Positions 9,291 to 18,692 of a DNA stretch of 64,000 bases are shown in pieces. The stretch's first letter is position 1. The number at the start of each line of letters is the position of its first letter. This DNA comes from Anaerolineales bacterium (lineage in GTDB: Bacteria > Chloroflexota > Anaerolineae > Anaerolineales > UBA11579): the NCBI GenBank assembly GCA_019637805.1, contig JAHBVB010000001.1:73875-137874 (forward strand). Direction: 5' to 3'. A program made the translations under genes and the position numbers. A model generated the notes under the pieces. The model saw only the letters and a program-made list of their open reading frames with translations. It was not told where the DNA came from and did not search any database.

Positions 9291-10505
9291 ATGAGTTCTG
9301 AACAAGCGGTTTACAAGATCCTGGTCGTGGACGATGACTTGGATACCCTGCGTTTGGTGGGCACTACCCTGGAAAAACAGGGCTACCAGATCATTCCCGC
9401 CAAAGACGGCGTGGAAGCCTTGGAACGCGCCGCAATCGACGCCCCAGACCTGATCCTGCTGGATGTGATGATGCCTGGCATCAACGGCTATGAGGTCACC
9501 CGCCGCTTACGCCAGGAACCGCGCACAGCAAAGACCCCCATCATTTTATTTACCGCCAAAGCCCAGGTAGACGACAAGGTCGCCGGCCTGGAAGCCGGCG
9601 CCAACGAATATCTGACCAAGCCCACCCACCCGGCCGAGCTGGTGGCCCGCGTGCGCAGCCTGCTCAAGCAGAGCACGGGCGGCGCGCCAAGCCCTGCGGC
9701 TGCGCCTGCGCCACTGCAAAGCAGCCTGCCGCCGGCTCACTTCGACAGCGGCCGCGGCCAAATGTATGGCGTGATTGCGGCCAAGGGCGGCCAGGGCGTC
9801 TCCAGCCTCAGCATCAACCTCGGGGCCACCTTGCACCAGCAATACAGCGAGCAGGGCGTCATCGTGGCGGAAATGCGCCCGGGCCATGGCGACATCAGTG
9901 CCTGGCTGGGCTACACCAACGCCCAGGGCATGAACGACCTGCTGCGCATAGAGCCTTCAATGATCACCGCCAGCCGGGTTGAACAAGCCCTGGTGGCCTA
10001 CAAATCCGGCCTCAAACTGCTGCTGGCTTCCAACCGCCCCAGCGACGCCAGCCTGATCAACGCCCATGCCCAACTGGAGGCGGTGGTCAGCCAACTGCCC
10101 AAGCTGGCCGCCCACACCGTGTTGGACCTGGGCGTGGGCATGCCCCTCGGCATTCAGCGCGCCGTGCAGCTCTGCGACCGGGTCCTGCTGGTGGTGGAGC
10201 CGGATGTGCACACTATGCCGCAGACCAAAGCGCTGCTGCAAGATCTGCTGGACCTGGGCATCTCCAAATCGCGCATCTTGGGCGTTTTGATGAGCCGGGT
10301 GCGCACCGAAATGATGATGAACGCCAACGAGGCGCAAAAAGAACTGGGGATCGAGCTGGAAGCGGTGTTCACCCCCGCCCCGGAACTGGCTTACCAGGCC
10401 GCCCGCACTCACCAGCCGATGGTCAGCCTGGAGGGCGCCAGCTTCACCAGCCAGCAAGCCGACAAGCTGGCCAAGCTGCTCACTCAGGGCGTGCCGCGCA
10501 ACTAG
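9291..10505 (+). CDS. response-regulator receiver fused to CpaE/ParA-like P-loop domain (atypical Walker A)
   Basis: ATG 9291 is in frame with track ORF 8931; the upstream part overlaps tilS antisense. Receiver: ILVVDDDLDTLRL...LILLDVMMPGINGYEV...FTAKA. C-terminal domain starts VIAAKGGQGVSSLSINLG. Confidence 0.75.
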   Translation: MSSEQAVYKILVVDDDLDTLRLVGTTLEKQGYQIIPAKDGVEALERAAIDAPDLILLDVMMPGINGYEVTRRLRQEPRTAKTPIILFTAKAQVDDKVAGLEAGANEYLTKPTHPAELVARVRSLLKQSTGGAPSPAAAPAPLQSSLPPAHFDSGRGQMYGVIAAKGGQGVSSLSINLGATLHQQYSEQGVIVAEMRPGHGDISAWLGYTNAQGMNDLLRIEPSMITASRVEQALVAYKSGLKLLLASNRPSDASLINAHAQLEAVVSQLPKLAAHTVLDLGVGMPLGIQRAVQLCDRVLLVVEPDVHTMPQTKALLQDLLDLGISKSRILGVLMSRVRTEMMMNANEAQKELGIELEAVFTPAPELAYQAARTHQPMVSLEGASFTSQQADKLAKLLTQGVPRN

Positions 10506-12226
10506 CGCGCGCCGCGCCGCCCAAACTGGCGCTCGAGCATGTCGATCGCCAGGTGGATCATCGTCGGGCGCCCGTGGGGACAGGTGCGCGGCGCCTGACA
10601 GGCCTCCAAGTCCAACAACAATTGCCGCTGCTCCTCGGGGGAGAGTGACTGCCCGGCCTTGACGGCGGCGCGCTTGCAAATCCGCGCGATCAAGCGAGCT
10701 TCGATCTCTTTTTCCAGTGGGGTTTCATCTTCCTCGAAGTCCTCGACCACAGCACGCAAGGCGGCTTCAGGGTCACTGCCCAGCAGCAGGGCCGGAATAG
10801 CCCGAACCCGGTAGGTTTGCGGGCCGAAAGGCTCGATCTCAAAGCCCAGGCCGGAGAGCACATCCAACTGCGGATCCAGCAGCTGTGCCTGGGCCGGGCT
10901 CAGCTGCACTGTGGCCGGCTCCAGCAAAGCCTGCGAGGCGATCTGCGTCCTCTGCGCCTGGAAGCGCTCGAAGAGCACGCGCTCATGGGCGGCGTGCTGG
11001 TCCACCAGGTAGAGGCCATCTGGCCCTTCGGCCACCAGGTAAGCGGCGCCTACCTGGCCCACCAGGCGCAGCAAGGGCACGCCGCTGCCCGGCAGGGCCG
11101 GCTGCGCCTGCGGGGGAGCTTGGCCGTCTTCGGGGGCGGCCAAGCCCAACGAGACCGGCTCTTCCATCAGTGGTTCTGGCTGGGCCGGCAGCGGCCGCCA
11201 GGCCAAGCCAGCCTGCACCGGTTCCAGGGTGGGCAGCGGCGAGTAAGCCAGCAACGCGCGGCGCACGGCGCGCTGTAAGGCGCTGAAGACCGCATCGCGG
11301 TCGGCAAAGCGCACTTCGGCCTTGGTGGGGTGTACATTCACATCCACCATCTCCGGCGGCAATTGAAGGAAGAGCACCACCAGCGGGAAGCGCCCCACCA
11401 TCAGCATGCCGCGATAGGCTTGCAGGACGGCGCTGGAGAGCGCCGGATCATGCACCCAACGGCCATTGACGAAGAAGGTCATCTCCGAGCGGTTGGAACG
11501 AGTGACATCCAAGGGACTGATGAAGCCTTCGATATGAATGGCGCCCTGGGGCGCATCCACTTGCAGCATGCGGCGGGCCAGCTGGGCATCGTAGAGCACG
11601 GCCAGCACCTCGCGCCGGTCGCCGTTGCCGCTGGTGTGCAGGGTGGGACGACCTTCCAACTCCAGAGAGAAACGCACCTGGGGATAGGCCAATGCATAGC
11701 AAGCCACCAGGGTGCTGATGTGGCGCCGCTCAGTGGGCTCGCTTTTGAGGAACTTGCGCCGGGCAGGCGTGTTGAAGAACAGATCCGCCAGCTGCACCAC
11801 CGTGCCGGGCGCGGCAGGCATGGCCTGTAGTTGGCCCAGGCGGCCCCCGTCGGCTTGCACTTGTGCGCCGCCGGCGCTGTCGCCGGGGCGGGAGATCAGC
11901 GTCAGCCGGCCGACCGAACCCAGGGCGGCCAGCGCTTCGCCGCGAAAGCCCAAGGTACGGATGGCGGCCAAATCTTCCACGCGGCTGAGTTTGCTGGTGG
12001 CGTGGCGCTGCAAGGCCAGCGGCAATTCATCCGCCGGGATGCCGCGGCCATCATCGCTGACTTCGATCAGCTCCTGGCCGGCGCCCAGAACCCGGATGCT
12101 GATCTGGCTGGCGCCCGCGTCCAGGGCGTTTTCCAGCAGTTCTTTGACGACCGAAGCCGGCCGCTCCACCACCTCGCCGGCAGCGATCTGGGAAGCCAAC
12201 TCATCAGGCAGCACTTGGATGGGCAT
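10502..12226 (-). CDS. mutL: DNA mismatch repair protein MutL
   Basis: MPIQVLPDELASQIAAGEVVERPASVVKELLENALDAGA, then a C-terminal dimerisation domain. I placed the start at the second Met (12226). Confidence 0.9.
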   Translation of the reverse strand: MPIQVLPDELASQIAAGEVVERPASVVKELLENALDAGASQISIRVLGAGQELIEVSDDGRGIPADELPLALQRHATSKLSRVEDLAAIRTLGFRGEALAALGSVGRLTLISRPGDSAGGAQVQADGGRLGQLQAMPAAPGTVVQLADLFFNTPARRKFLKSEPTERRHISTLVACYALAYPQVRFSLELEGRPTLHTSGNGDRREVLAVLYDAQLARRMLQVDAPQGAIHIEGFISPLDVTRSNRSEMTFFVNGRWVHDPALSSAVLQAYRGMLMVGRFPLVVLFLQLPPEMVDVNVHPTKAEVRFADRDAVFSALQRAVRRALLAYSPLPTLEPVQAGLAWRPLPAQPEPLMEEPVSLGLAAPEDGQAPPQAQPALPGSGVPLLRLVGQVGAAYLVAEGPDGLYLVDQHAAHERVLFERFQAQRTQIASQALLEPATVQLSPAQAQLLDPQLDVLSGLGFEIEPFGPQTYRVRAIPALLLGSDPEAALRAVVEDFEEDETPLEKEIEARLIARICKRAAVKAGQSLSPEEQRQLLLDLEACQAPRTCPHGRPTMIHLAIDMLERQFGRRGAR

Positions 12227-12346
12227 GCTGGAAAGCGTAAAGCGGATAGAGAGCAACGTCAAGGGCAAACTCGATTGCAGCTTGTTTCAGTACGTGATAC
12301 TCTGTGGCGCTGTTCGTTTTATCCCTACAAGGAGAACCTGAAGACG

Positions 12347-13177
12347 ATGAAAATGCTGAGATCGCGTAAAGCTGTTTGGAGCGCCCTGCTGGCGCTGATG
12401 TTGCTGTTGGCCGCCTGTGGTGGCAGCCCGGCCCCCGCTGAGGAAGCCGTGGCGCCTGAAGCAGGCGAAGCCACCAGCCAGCCGCTTGAACCGGCGGAAC
12501 CTGAAGTAATCGGTGGCGGCCAGTGCGCCAATGAGTACTACCCCGTAGCGGAAGGGGCCACCTGGACCTATGCCGGCACTGGCAGCACCGGGGATTACAC
12601 CTGGACGGCCAGCATGAGCGGCGTGAGCGACAACGGCTTCACCCTCACCAACACCTTTAACGTGGACGGCGACACCGTGGTTGCCACCCAGCAGTGGAGC
12701 TGCACCAATGAAGGTGTAGCTGCCCTGCAGTTTGGCGGCGGCCCGGAAGCCTCGGTGATGGCCACCGGAGTGGATGCCACTTTCGAAACCACCGGTTCCA
12801 GCGGCTATAGCTTCCCGAACACGATCCACATCGGTGATACCTGGCAGCAGAGCTACAACATCCAAGGTGTGATGAACATGGCCGATGGGCTGAGCGCCAA
12901 TACCACCGGTCTGGTCACGCATATCTACACCGCCCAGGCGGAAGAGACGGTCACGGTGCCCGCCGGCGAGTTCCAGACCATCCGGATTCTGGTGGAGACC
13001 AACCTGCAACTGCAAGTTGAACTGATGGGCGTCACTCTGCCCTTCAGCATCGACTCGCAAACCACATCCTGGCTGGCTCGCAACGTGGGCTGGGTGCGCA
13101 GTGACAGCGGCCTGGCCATCGAAGGCGGCGAGGCGATGAACTCGGTCGTCGAGATGCAGAGCTACCATATCCCCTAG
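12347..13177 (+). CDS. hypothetical lipoprotein
   Basis: AAGGAGA RBS at 12329-12335, ATG 12347. Signal peptide plus lipobox MKMLRSRKAVWSALLALMLLLAACGG. No family recognised. Confidence 0.6.
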   Translation: MKMLRSRKAVWSALLALMLLLAACGGSPAPAEEAVAPEAGEATSQPLEPAEPEVIGGGQCANEYYPVAEGATWTYAGTGSTGDYTWTASMSGVSDNGFTLTNTFNVDGDTVVATQQWSCTNEGVAALQFGGGPEASVMATGVDATFETTGSSGYSFPNTIHIGDTWQQSYNIQGVMNMADGLSANTTGLVTHIYTAQAEETVTVPAGEFQTIRILVETNLQLQVELMGVTLPFSIDSQTTSWLARNVGWVRSDSGLAIEGGEAMNSVVEMQSYHIP

Positions 13178-13191
13178 CTGTCTGTGTTCCT

Positions 13192-13228
13192 AAACATAAA
13201 GGCCCGCCGATTGGCGGGCCTTTTATGT
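13192..13228. terminator. bidirectional intrinsic terminator
   Basis: GGCCCGCC-GATT-GGCGGGCC stem flanked by A-rich and T-rich runs, between convergent genes. Confidence 0.7.
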
Positions 13229-13738
13229 TCAAGAATTGGGTGACCAGGGCGGAGCCGTATTGGCTTTGCCCTGATTCCACAATTGGTAGGTCAATTGCAT
13301 ATGGCCGACATGCAAGCTGTAATGGGCGATGACATGCTGCAGGATCCAGCGCACCGGGTGGACATGCCCGTCATAGGTCAGGCTGGATGCGAGCCGCTCT
13401 GCATCCAAAGCGGACAGCACTTGGTGGCTCTGGGCAGCCACAGCGGCCAGCCTCTCCAGGATCTCATCGGCTGAACCGGCGACGAAGGCGAACTCCGCCT
13501 CACGCCGGCGGGTGTGCGGCAGGCCGCCGATCAGCTCCCCAATCCAAAAGTGCTCCGAGCCGGCGGTGTGCATGCCCAGCACGGCCAGGGAATTGACCCC
13601 ATCGGCACCCTCCGGCAGTTCGGGCCGCCAATTGAGGCCTGCCAGCGGCGTGCTGTGGATGATGCCGCCCACCTGGCCGCGTATACGCTCCAGCGTTTGC
13701 AAGGTCTGCTGGACTTCGGGGAGCATCTCTCCAGTCAT
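13229..13738 (-). CDS. DinB-family (four-helix bundle metal-binding) protein
   Basis: LAVLGMHTAGSEHFWIGEL...ILQHVIAHYSLHVGHMQL, a DinB-type His triad pattern. Confidence 0.65.
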   Translation of the reverse strand: MTGEMLPEVQQTLQTLERIRGQVGGIIHSTPLAGLNWRPELPEGADGVNSLAVLGMHTAGSEHFWIGELIGGLPHTRRREAEFAFVAGSADEILERLAAVAAQSHQVLSALDAERLASSLTYDGHVHPVRWILQHVIAHYSLHVGHMQLTYQLWNQGKANTAPPWSPNS

Positions 13739-13743
13739 GCCGC

Positions 13744-15168
13744 CTACTTGACGATGCCGCCGTCGGTCAGCTTGCGCAGGTCACTCAGCGCGGCCTGGAT
13801 CTCGGCGCCGGTTACGGGGCGGTCCTGGCTGACGTGCTTCAGCGCGCCGGCCTCGGCCTGCTCCACGGCGACTTCGCCCACGGTGCGGTCTTCTTTCAAG
13901 GCCTGCTTGACCAGCGCGGCGCCGGCCTGGTAGCCGATGACCGGGTTGAGGGCGGTGACGATGATGGCATTGCGTGAGAGCCAGCCCTCGGCCTTTTCGC
14001 GGTTGGCAGTCAGGCCGACCACACATTTGTCGGTAAAGGCGCGCACCGAGCCGATGATGACCTGCATCTCCTCAAAGAGATTGTGGGCGATGATCGGCAT
14101 CATCACGTTGAGCTCCAACTGGCCGGCGGCGGCGGCCAGGGCCACCGTGGTGTCGCAGCCCATCACATGGTACATGGCCATGTTGAGCATTTCAGCCATG
14201 ACCGGGTTGACCTTGCCCGGCATGATGCTGGAACCAGGCTGCAGGGCCGGCAGGCGGATCTCATCCAGGCCCGTGGAGGGGCCGGAGGAAAGCAAACGGA
14301 AGTCATTGGCGATGCGGGTGAGGGTCACCGCCAGGGTGCGCAGGCTGGCGGAGAAATCGGCCGCATCGGCCAGGGATTGCATGCTTTCGAACAGGTCGTC
14401 CGAGGTGTGCAGTTCAAGGCCGGTGATCTCGGAAAGCTGCTTGACCATGCCGGCATGATAGTCAGGGTGGGCGTTGAGCCCGGAGCCGGTGGCGGTGCCG
14501 CCGATGCCCAGGCGGCGCAGCCCTTCGGCGCTGCGCCGGATGCGGGCGGCATCGCGTTCCACGGCCTTGGCATACCCGCCAAATTCCTGGCCCAGGCGCA
14601 CCGGTACCGCATCCTGCAGGTGGGTGCGGCCGGATTTGACGATATCGTCGAATTCCTTGGCCTTGGCATTCAGGGCGGCGGTCAAGCCATCCACCACGCC
14701 CAGCAATTCCTCCAGACGCCAGAGGGCGCCCAGGCGGATGGCGGTGGGGATGGTGTCATTGGTCGACTGGGCCATATTGACATGGTCGTTGGGGTTGACC
14801 AACTTCTCGCCCAGGATCTGGTTGGCGCGAGCGGAGAGCACCTCATTGACGTTCATATTGTGGCTGGTGCCGGCGCCGGCCTGGAAAGGATCGACGACGA
14901 ACTGGTCGCGCCACTGGCCGTCCATCACTTCGGCGGCCGCGGTGGCGATGGCCTGGGCCTTGTCTTTGTCCAGCAGGCCCAGGTCGGCATTGACCTCAGC
15001 CGCGGCGCGCTTGATGGCGGCCATGGACCAAACGAAGGCCGGCCAGGGCTTGAGACCGGAGATGGGGAAATTGTCTACGGCGCGCTGGGTTTGCGCGGCG
15101 TAGAGCGCATTGGCGGGGACTTGGACCTCGCCGAGTGAGTCTTTTTCAATGCGGAAGTCTGTGCTCAT
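13744..15168 (-). CDS. aspartate ammonia-lyase / class II fumarase family lyase (aspartase-like)
   Basis: GSSIMPGKVNP signature. QAGAGTSHNMNVNEV and NPNDHVNMAQSTNDTIPT resemble aspartase (QSTND) more than FumC (QSSND). Confidence 0.8.
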   Translation of the reverse strand: MSTDFRIEKDSLGEVQVPANALYAAQTQRAVDNFPISGLKPWPAFVWSMAAIKRAAAEVNADLGLLDKDKAQAIATAAAEVMDGQWRDQFVVDPFQAGAGTSHNMNVNEVLSARANQILGEKLVNPNDHVNMAQSTNDTIPTAIRLGALWRLEELLGVVDGLTAALNAKAKEFDDIVKSGRTHLQDAVPVRLGQEFGGYAKAVERDAARIRRSAEGLRRLGIGGTATGSGLNAHPDYHAGMVKQLSEITGLELHTSDDLFESMQSLADAADFSASLRTLAVTLTRIANDFRLLSSGPSTGLDEIRLPALQPGSSIMPGKVNPVMAEMLNMAMYHVMGCDTTVALAAAAGQLELNVMMPIIAHNLFEEMQVIIGSVRAFTDKCVVGLTANREKAEGWLSRNAIIVTALNPVIGYQAGAALVKQALKEDRTVGEVAVEQAEAGALKHVSQDRPVTGAEIQAALSDLRKLTDGGIVK

Positions 15169-15283
15169 GGGTTCCTTTTCCGAATGAGTTGGTTCTGCTC
15201 TCTATTTTAATGCATCTGCTGGCGGGCAACTACAGGCGCAGTTGCGACTGTGCCGGTCTAGGTGATTTGTTAAGGTGGGCAGG

Positions 15284-15330
15284 ACAAAAGATATATTAAT
15301 CGTGCGGGGGGCAAGGGGTTTAATCAAACT
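15284..15330. repeat. second copy of the AAAAGATATATTAA + G-rich motif
   Basis: ACAAAAGATATATTAATCGTGCGGGGGGCAAGGGGTTT aligns with the reverse complement of 5993-6036 (AAAAAGATATATTAACGCGCTGGGGGGCGGGGGTTTT). Confidence 0.7.
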
Positions 15331-15473
15331 TTGGGTTGTGCACCCGGCAACCTGGCCCAAGACAAGCCGATTAAAGCATAGGCTTGGCGGCTGAGGTGAG
15401 TTTGGTGGAGCGTGTCAAGGAGGTGGGTTCGCCTCCTGGTAAGGGTCGTGCACTGGGATGGCTGCATAAAACC

Positions 15474-15752
15474 AGATTGCTTCGTCCGTCAGGCAGCGGC
15501 AGGTCTGCCGCTGCCTGTACTCCTCGCAATGACGGAGGGTATGGATCTGGGTCTTCAGGGGTGACACGGGCTGGATGGCTGGAGAGATTTGTTGTCAGGG
15601 GACAGCGGCAAGCCCCCTGCCTGTACTCCTCGCAATGACGGAGGGTATGGATCCGGGTCTTCAGGGGTGACACGGGCTGGATGGCTGGAGAGATTTTGTT
15701 GTCAGGGGACAGCGGCACCCCCCTGCCTGTACTCCTCGCAATGACGGAGGGC
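15474..15752. repeat. tandem array, 106-bp unit in about 2.4 copies, each unit carrying CCTCGCAATGACG
   Basis: Unit starts (CTGCCTGTACTCC) at 15511, 15617 and 15723. The 13-mer CCTCGCAATGACG lies at 15522, 15628 and 15734. Leading partial unit holds a 13-bp hairpin CAGGCAGCGGCAG/CTGCCGCTGCCTG and GATTGCTTCGTC. Confidence 0.85.
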
Positions 15753-15755
15753 TAT

Positions 15756-15788
15756 AAAAAAAGAGCCCGCCAAATGGCGGGCTCTTTG
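15756..15788. terminator. bidirectional intrinsic terminator
   Basis: 10-bp stem AGAGCCCGCC/GGCGGGCTCT (15762-15771 / 15776-15785), preceded by an A run and followed by TTTG. Confidence 0.7.
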
Positions 15789-15799
15789 CTGTGCAACGT

Positions 15800-16225
15800 T
15801 TACTTGGCGTGCTGCTGCCAACCGTCCCAGTAACCCGGGCCGTTTTCGAAGTAGTCGTAGTTCGACTGAACATCATCACGCAGGTTGACGGTCTCGCCAG
15901 CTGCCAGGGTCTTGGTGCTCGCGATCTCCACCGCATGGCCGTGGTGATTGCTGCCAGAGAACACCTGGTCGAAGCCAGGGGTGCCAACCGGCTTGGCCTG
16001 GCTCTCGCCACCTTTGGCGGAGTAGGCATCAGGCACTTCATCCTCGGTGAAAATGGCCTCGTAAGGACATTCCGGGATGCAGGCGCCGCAGTCAATGCAG
16101 GTGGCCGGGTCGATGTAGTAGAGCGGATACTTGTCCTGAGGCATGCCGGGAACGATACATTCCACAGGGCACACTTCAACGCAACCGCCATCGCGTAGAC
16201 ACAAGCTTGTGATGATGTGAGTCAT
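15800..16225 (-). CDS. 4Fe-4S ferredoxin-family protein
   Basis: CLRDGGCVEVCPVECI and CIDCGACIPECPYEAI cluster motifs. Confidence 0.85.
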   Translation of the reverse strand: MTHIITSLCLRDGGCVEVCPVECIVPGMPQDKYPLYYIDPATCIDCGACIPECPYEAIFTEDEVPDAYSAKGGESQAKPVGTPGFDQVFSGSNHHGHAVEIASTKTLAAGETVNLRDDVQSNYDYFENGPGYWDGWQQHAK

Positions 16226-16270
16226 GGATTACTCCTTCGTTGAGCTTGATTTTACTCTTACCAGCCTGTT

Positions 16271-16876
16271 TTAGCCAGCGAAGCGCTTGGCTACCTCAGC
16301 CCAGTTGACCACGTTCCACCAAGCAGTGATGTAATCGGGGCGGCGATTCTGATAGTTGAGGTAATAGGCGTGTTCCCACACGTCGACGCCCAGGATGGGG
16401 GTGTGGCCGCTCGAGAGCGGCGTGTCCTGGTTGGGCGTGGAGACCACGTCCAAGCCACCATCGGACTTCTTCACCAGCCAGGCCCAACCGCTGCCAAACT
16501 GGCCGACGCCGGCCTTGGCGAGCTTGTCCTGGAAGCTGGCAAAATCACCAAAGGCTTTGTTGATGGCCTCGGCCAGGTCGCCTTCCGGCTCCCCACCGCC
16601 GTTGGGGGACATAATCTCCCAGAACAGGGTGTGGTTGTAGTGGCCGCCGCCGTTGTTGCGCACGGCGGTGCGAATGTCTTCGGGAATGCTGTTGAGATCC
16701 TTGAGCAAGTCCTCGATGGACTTATCGGCCAGGTCGGGATGCTTCTCGATGGCCGCGTTGAGGTTGTTCACATACGCCTGGTGGTGCTTGCCATGATGGA
16801 TTTCCATGGTGCGCGCATCAATGTGCGGTTCCAGCGCAGCGGGTTCATAGGGAAGGTTGGGAAGCGAAAATGCCAT
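16271..16876 (-). CDS. Fe/Mn superoxide dismutase
   Basis: [36 protein letters not shown] ... [18 protein letters not shown]. Confidence 0.95.
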   Translation of the reverse strand: MAFSLPNLPYEPAALEPHIDARTMEIHHGKHHQAYVNNLNAAIEKHPDLADKSIEDLLKDLNSIPEDIRTAVRNNGGGHYNHTLFWEIMSPNGGGEPEGDLAEAINKAFGDFASFQDKLAKAGVGQFGSGWAWLVKKSDGGLDVVSTPNQDTPLSSGHTPILGVDVWEHAYYLNYQNRRPDYITAWWNVVNWAEVAKRFAG

Positions 16877-16956
16877 AGCTGCAGCTCCTTGGTTGGTTGT
16901 GGTTAAGCTGAAAACGGGCAGGAAACTCCTGCGTTACAATACGAACGAACTCTTTC

Positions 16957-16985
16957 ATTGTAATTAGCCCCTTACCCCTTGTCAA
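16957..16985 (-). promoter_or_regulatory. sigma70-type promoter for SOD
   Basis: On the minus strand: TTGACA (16985-16980), 17-nt spacer, TACAAT (16962-16957). Confidence 0.55.
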
Positions 16986-16997
16986 GAAAACCACAAT

Positions 16998-17912
16998 TTG
17001 AGCGCTATTTCGCCCCCTAGCACCAAACTTCCGCCGCATTTGGTGCTCTTTGTGGGCATCCTGGCGGTCTCGTCCTCGGCGCTGCTGATCCGCTATGCCC
17101 AGCGTGAGGCGCCGTCGCTGGTGATCGCGGCCTTTCGCATGGGCTTTTCAGCCCTGATCCTGCTGCCGCTGACCCTGCCGCGTCATGCGCCTGAGCTGCG
17201 CCGGCTGACCCGGTTCGAGCTGGGCCTGGCCGCCCTGGGCGGCGGCTTGCTGGCGCTGCACTTCGCCAGCTGGATCCTCTCGCTGGAGTACACCAGCGTG
17301 GCCAGTTCCGTGGTGCTGGTGACCACCAATCCGCTATGGGTGGCCCTGCTGGCCCCGCTCTTCCTCAAAGAGCGCCTGACCCCAGCGGTGCTGCTTGGCA
17401 TGCTGGTGGCCCTGAGCGGCGGCTTGTTGGTTGGGCTGAGCAGCAGCGGCAATCTGGCGGCCGGCAGCCAGCCCTTGCTGGGTAACTTTTTGGCGCTGGT
17501 AGGCGCCTGGACCGGGGCGGGGTATATCCTGATCGGCCGGCGGCTGCGCCCCGTGCTGCCGCTGACGCCGTACATCTTTCTGGTGTACGGCATGGCGGCG
17601 CTGGTGCTGGCGGCCATGCTGGCCTTCTCCGGGCTGCCGGTGAGCGGTTTTTCCAGCGAGATCTACCTCTACATGCTGCTACTGGCCCTGCTGCCGCAGC
17701 TCTTGGGCCATTCCAGTTTCAACTGGGCGCTGGCGCACCTGCCGGCTTCCTTCGTATCGATTGCGCTGCTGGGCGAACCTGTAGGCGCCATCATTCTGGC
17801 GTTCTTTTTGCTGGGGGAGACGCCCGGGCTGTTGGAATTGTTGGGCGGCGCATTGATCCTGGCCGGCATTTTCATCGCCACCGTGCAGCCCAGCGCCAAA
17901 AAGGGTGGCTGA
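16998..17912 (+). CDS. EamA/DMT-family transporter
   Basis: 304 aa, 10 predicted TM helices, two EamA-like halves. TTG start as in the track. Confidence 0.75.
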   Translation: MSAISPPSTKLPPHLVLFVGILAVSSSALLIRYAQREAPSLVIAAFRMGFSALILLPLTLPRHAPELRRLTRFELGLAALGGGLLALHFASWILSLEYTSVASSVVLVTTNPLWVALLAPLFLKERLTPAVLLGMLVALSGGLLVGLSSSGNLAAGSQPLLGNFLALVGAWTGAGYILIGRRLRPVLPLTPYIFLVYGMAALVLAAMLAFSGLPVSGFSSEIYLYMLLLALLPQLLGHSSFNWALAHLPASFVSIALLGEPVGAIILAFFLLGETPGLLELLGGALILAGIFIATVQPSAKKGG

Positions 17913-17955
17913 GTATAATTAATCCGGTTGTGCTGTACCCTTAGGAAGGAGTGCT

Positions 17956-18612
17956 ATGTTAATTCGCTGCAAACACTGTTACACCCCATTCACCCTCAGC
18001 CAGGAAGGCGCAGTTGCCGCCTTGGCGGAAGTACAGGCCAACAATTACAAGTATTACAACGCCCACTGCCCCCGCTGTGGGCGCCCGAACTCCGTGGCCA
18101 TGGCCCAGCTGATGCGGGAAGTGCCCGCTGAGACCCGGCAGGCGGCCGCAGCCCCTGCGGCCAAACCGGCCGCCGGCGCCAAGCCCGCCGCCGCAACCGC
18201 TGCGCGCCAGGCCGCCAGCAAGCCCAAGCCGTCCAAAGCTGAGGTGGAGAAGGCCATGAAGGCCGCCGCCGAAAAGGCCACCACGAAGAAAGCTGCCGCA
18301 AAGCCCGCGGCCGCAAAGCCCACGGCCGCAAAACCCGCGGCGGCGAAACCCGCAACCGCAAAACCCGCAGCCAGCAAACCGGCAGCCAGCAAACCGGCGG
18401 TGAAGGCAACCAAGGCACCCGCCAAGACGGCGGCGAAGCCCGCAGCCAAAGCAACCACCAAGGCCAAGGCTACTGCCAAAGCCCCGGCAAAGACGGCCGC
18501 CAAACCGGCCAGCAAGGCCAAAACTCCGGCCAAGGCCGCGGCGGCCAAGAAGACCGCGGCCAAACCAGCCGCCAAGAAGCCTGCGGCAAAGACGGCGGCC
18601 AAGAAAAAGTAA
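17956..18612 (+). CDS. Zn-ribbon protein with histone H1/AlgP-like Ala-Lys-Pro-rich tail
   Basis: N-terminus has CKHC...CPRC (two CxxC pairs). This is followed by about 150 aa of KPAA/AKPA repeats. Confidence 0.6.
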   Translation: MLIRCKHCYTPFTLSQEGAVAALAEVQANNYKYYNAHCPRCGRPNSVAMAQLMREVPAETRQAAAAPAAKPAAGAKPAAATAARQAASKPKPSKAEVEKAMKAAAEKATTKKAAAKPAAAKPTAAKPAAAKPATAKPAASKPAASKPAVKATKAPAKTAAKPAAKATTKAKATAKAPAKTAAKPASKAKTPAKAAAAKKTAAKPAAKKPAAKTAAKKK

Positions 18613-18617
18613 GCTAC

Positions 18618-18645
18618 AAAAAACGACCCCGAACGGGGTCGTTTT
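18618..18645 (+). terminator. intrinsic terminator
   Basis: ACGACCCC-GAAC-GGGGTCGT followed by TTT. Confidence 0.7.
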
Positions 18646-18692
18646 ACTTTTCGGAAGTTATGAACGATCCGAGAACAGCCTATACACTCCTT

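Noticed and set aside
15474-15752. Possible CRISPR array suggested by regularly spaced repeats.
   Set aside because: The 106-bp units are contiguous and nearly identical along their whole length. There are no unique spacers, no short 25-40-bp repeat/spacer alternation and no cas genes nearby. It is a tandem repeat.
18054-18602. 182-aa minus-strand ORF, an Ala/Gly/Phe-rich 'membrane-like' protein.
   Set aside because: It is the antisense reading of the KPAA repeat tail. Its periodic composition is a by-product of the GCN/AAG repeats on the plus strand.
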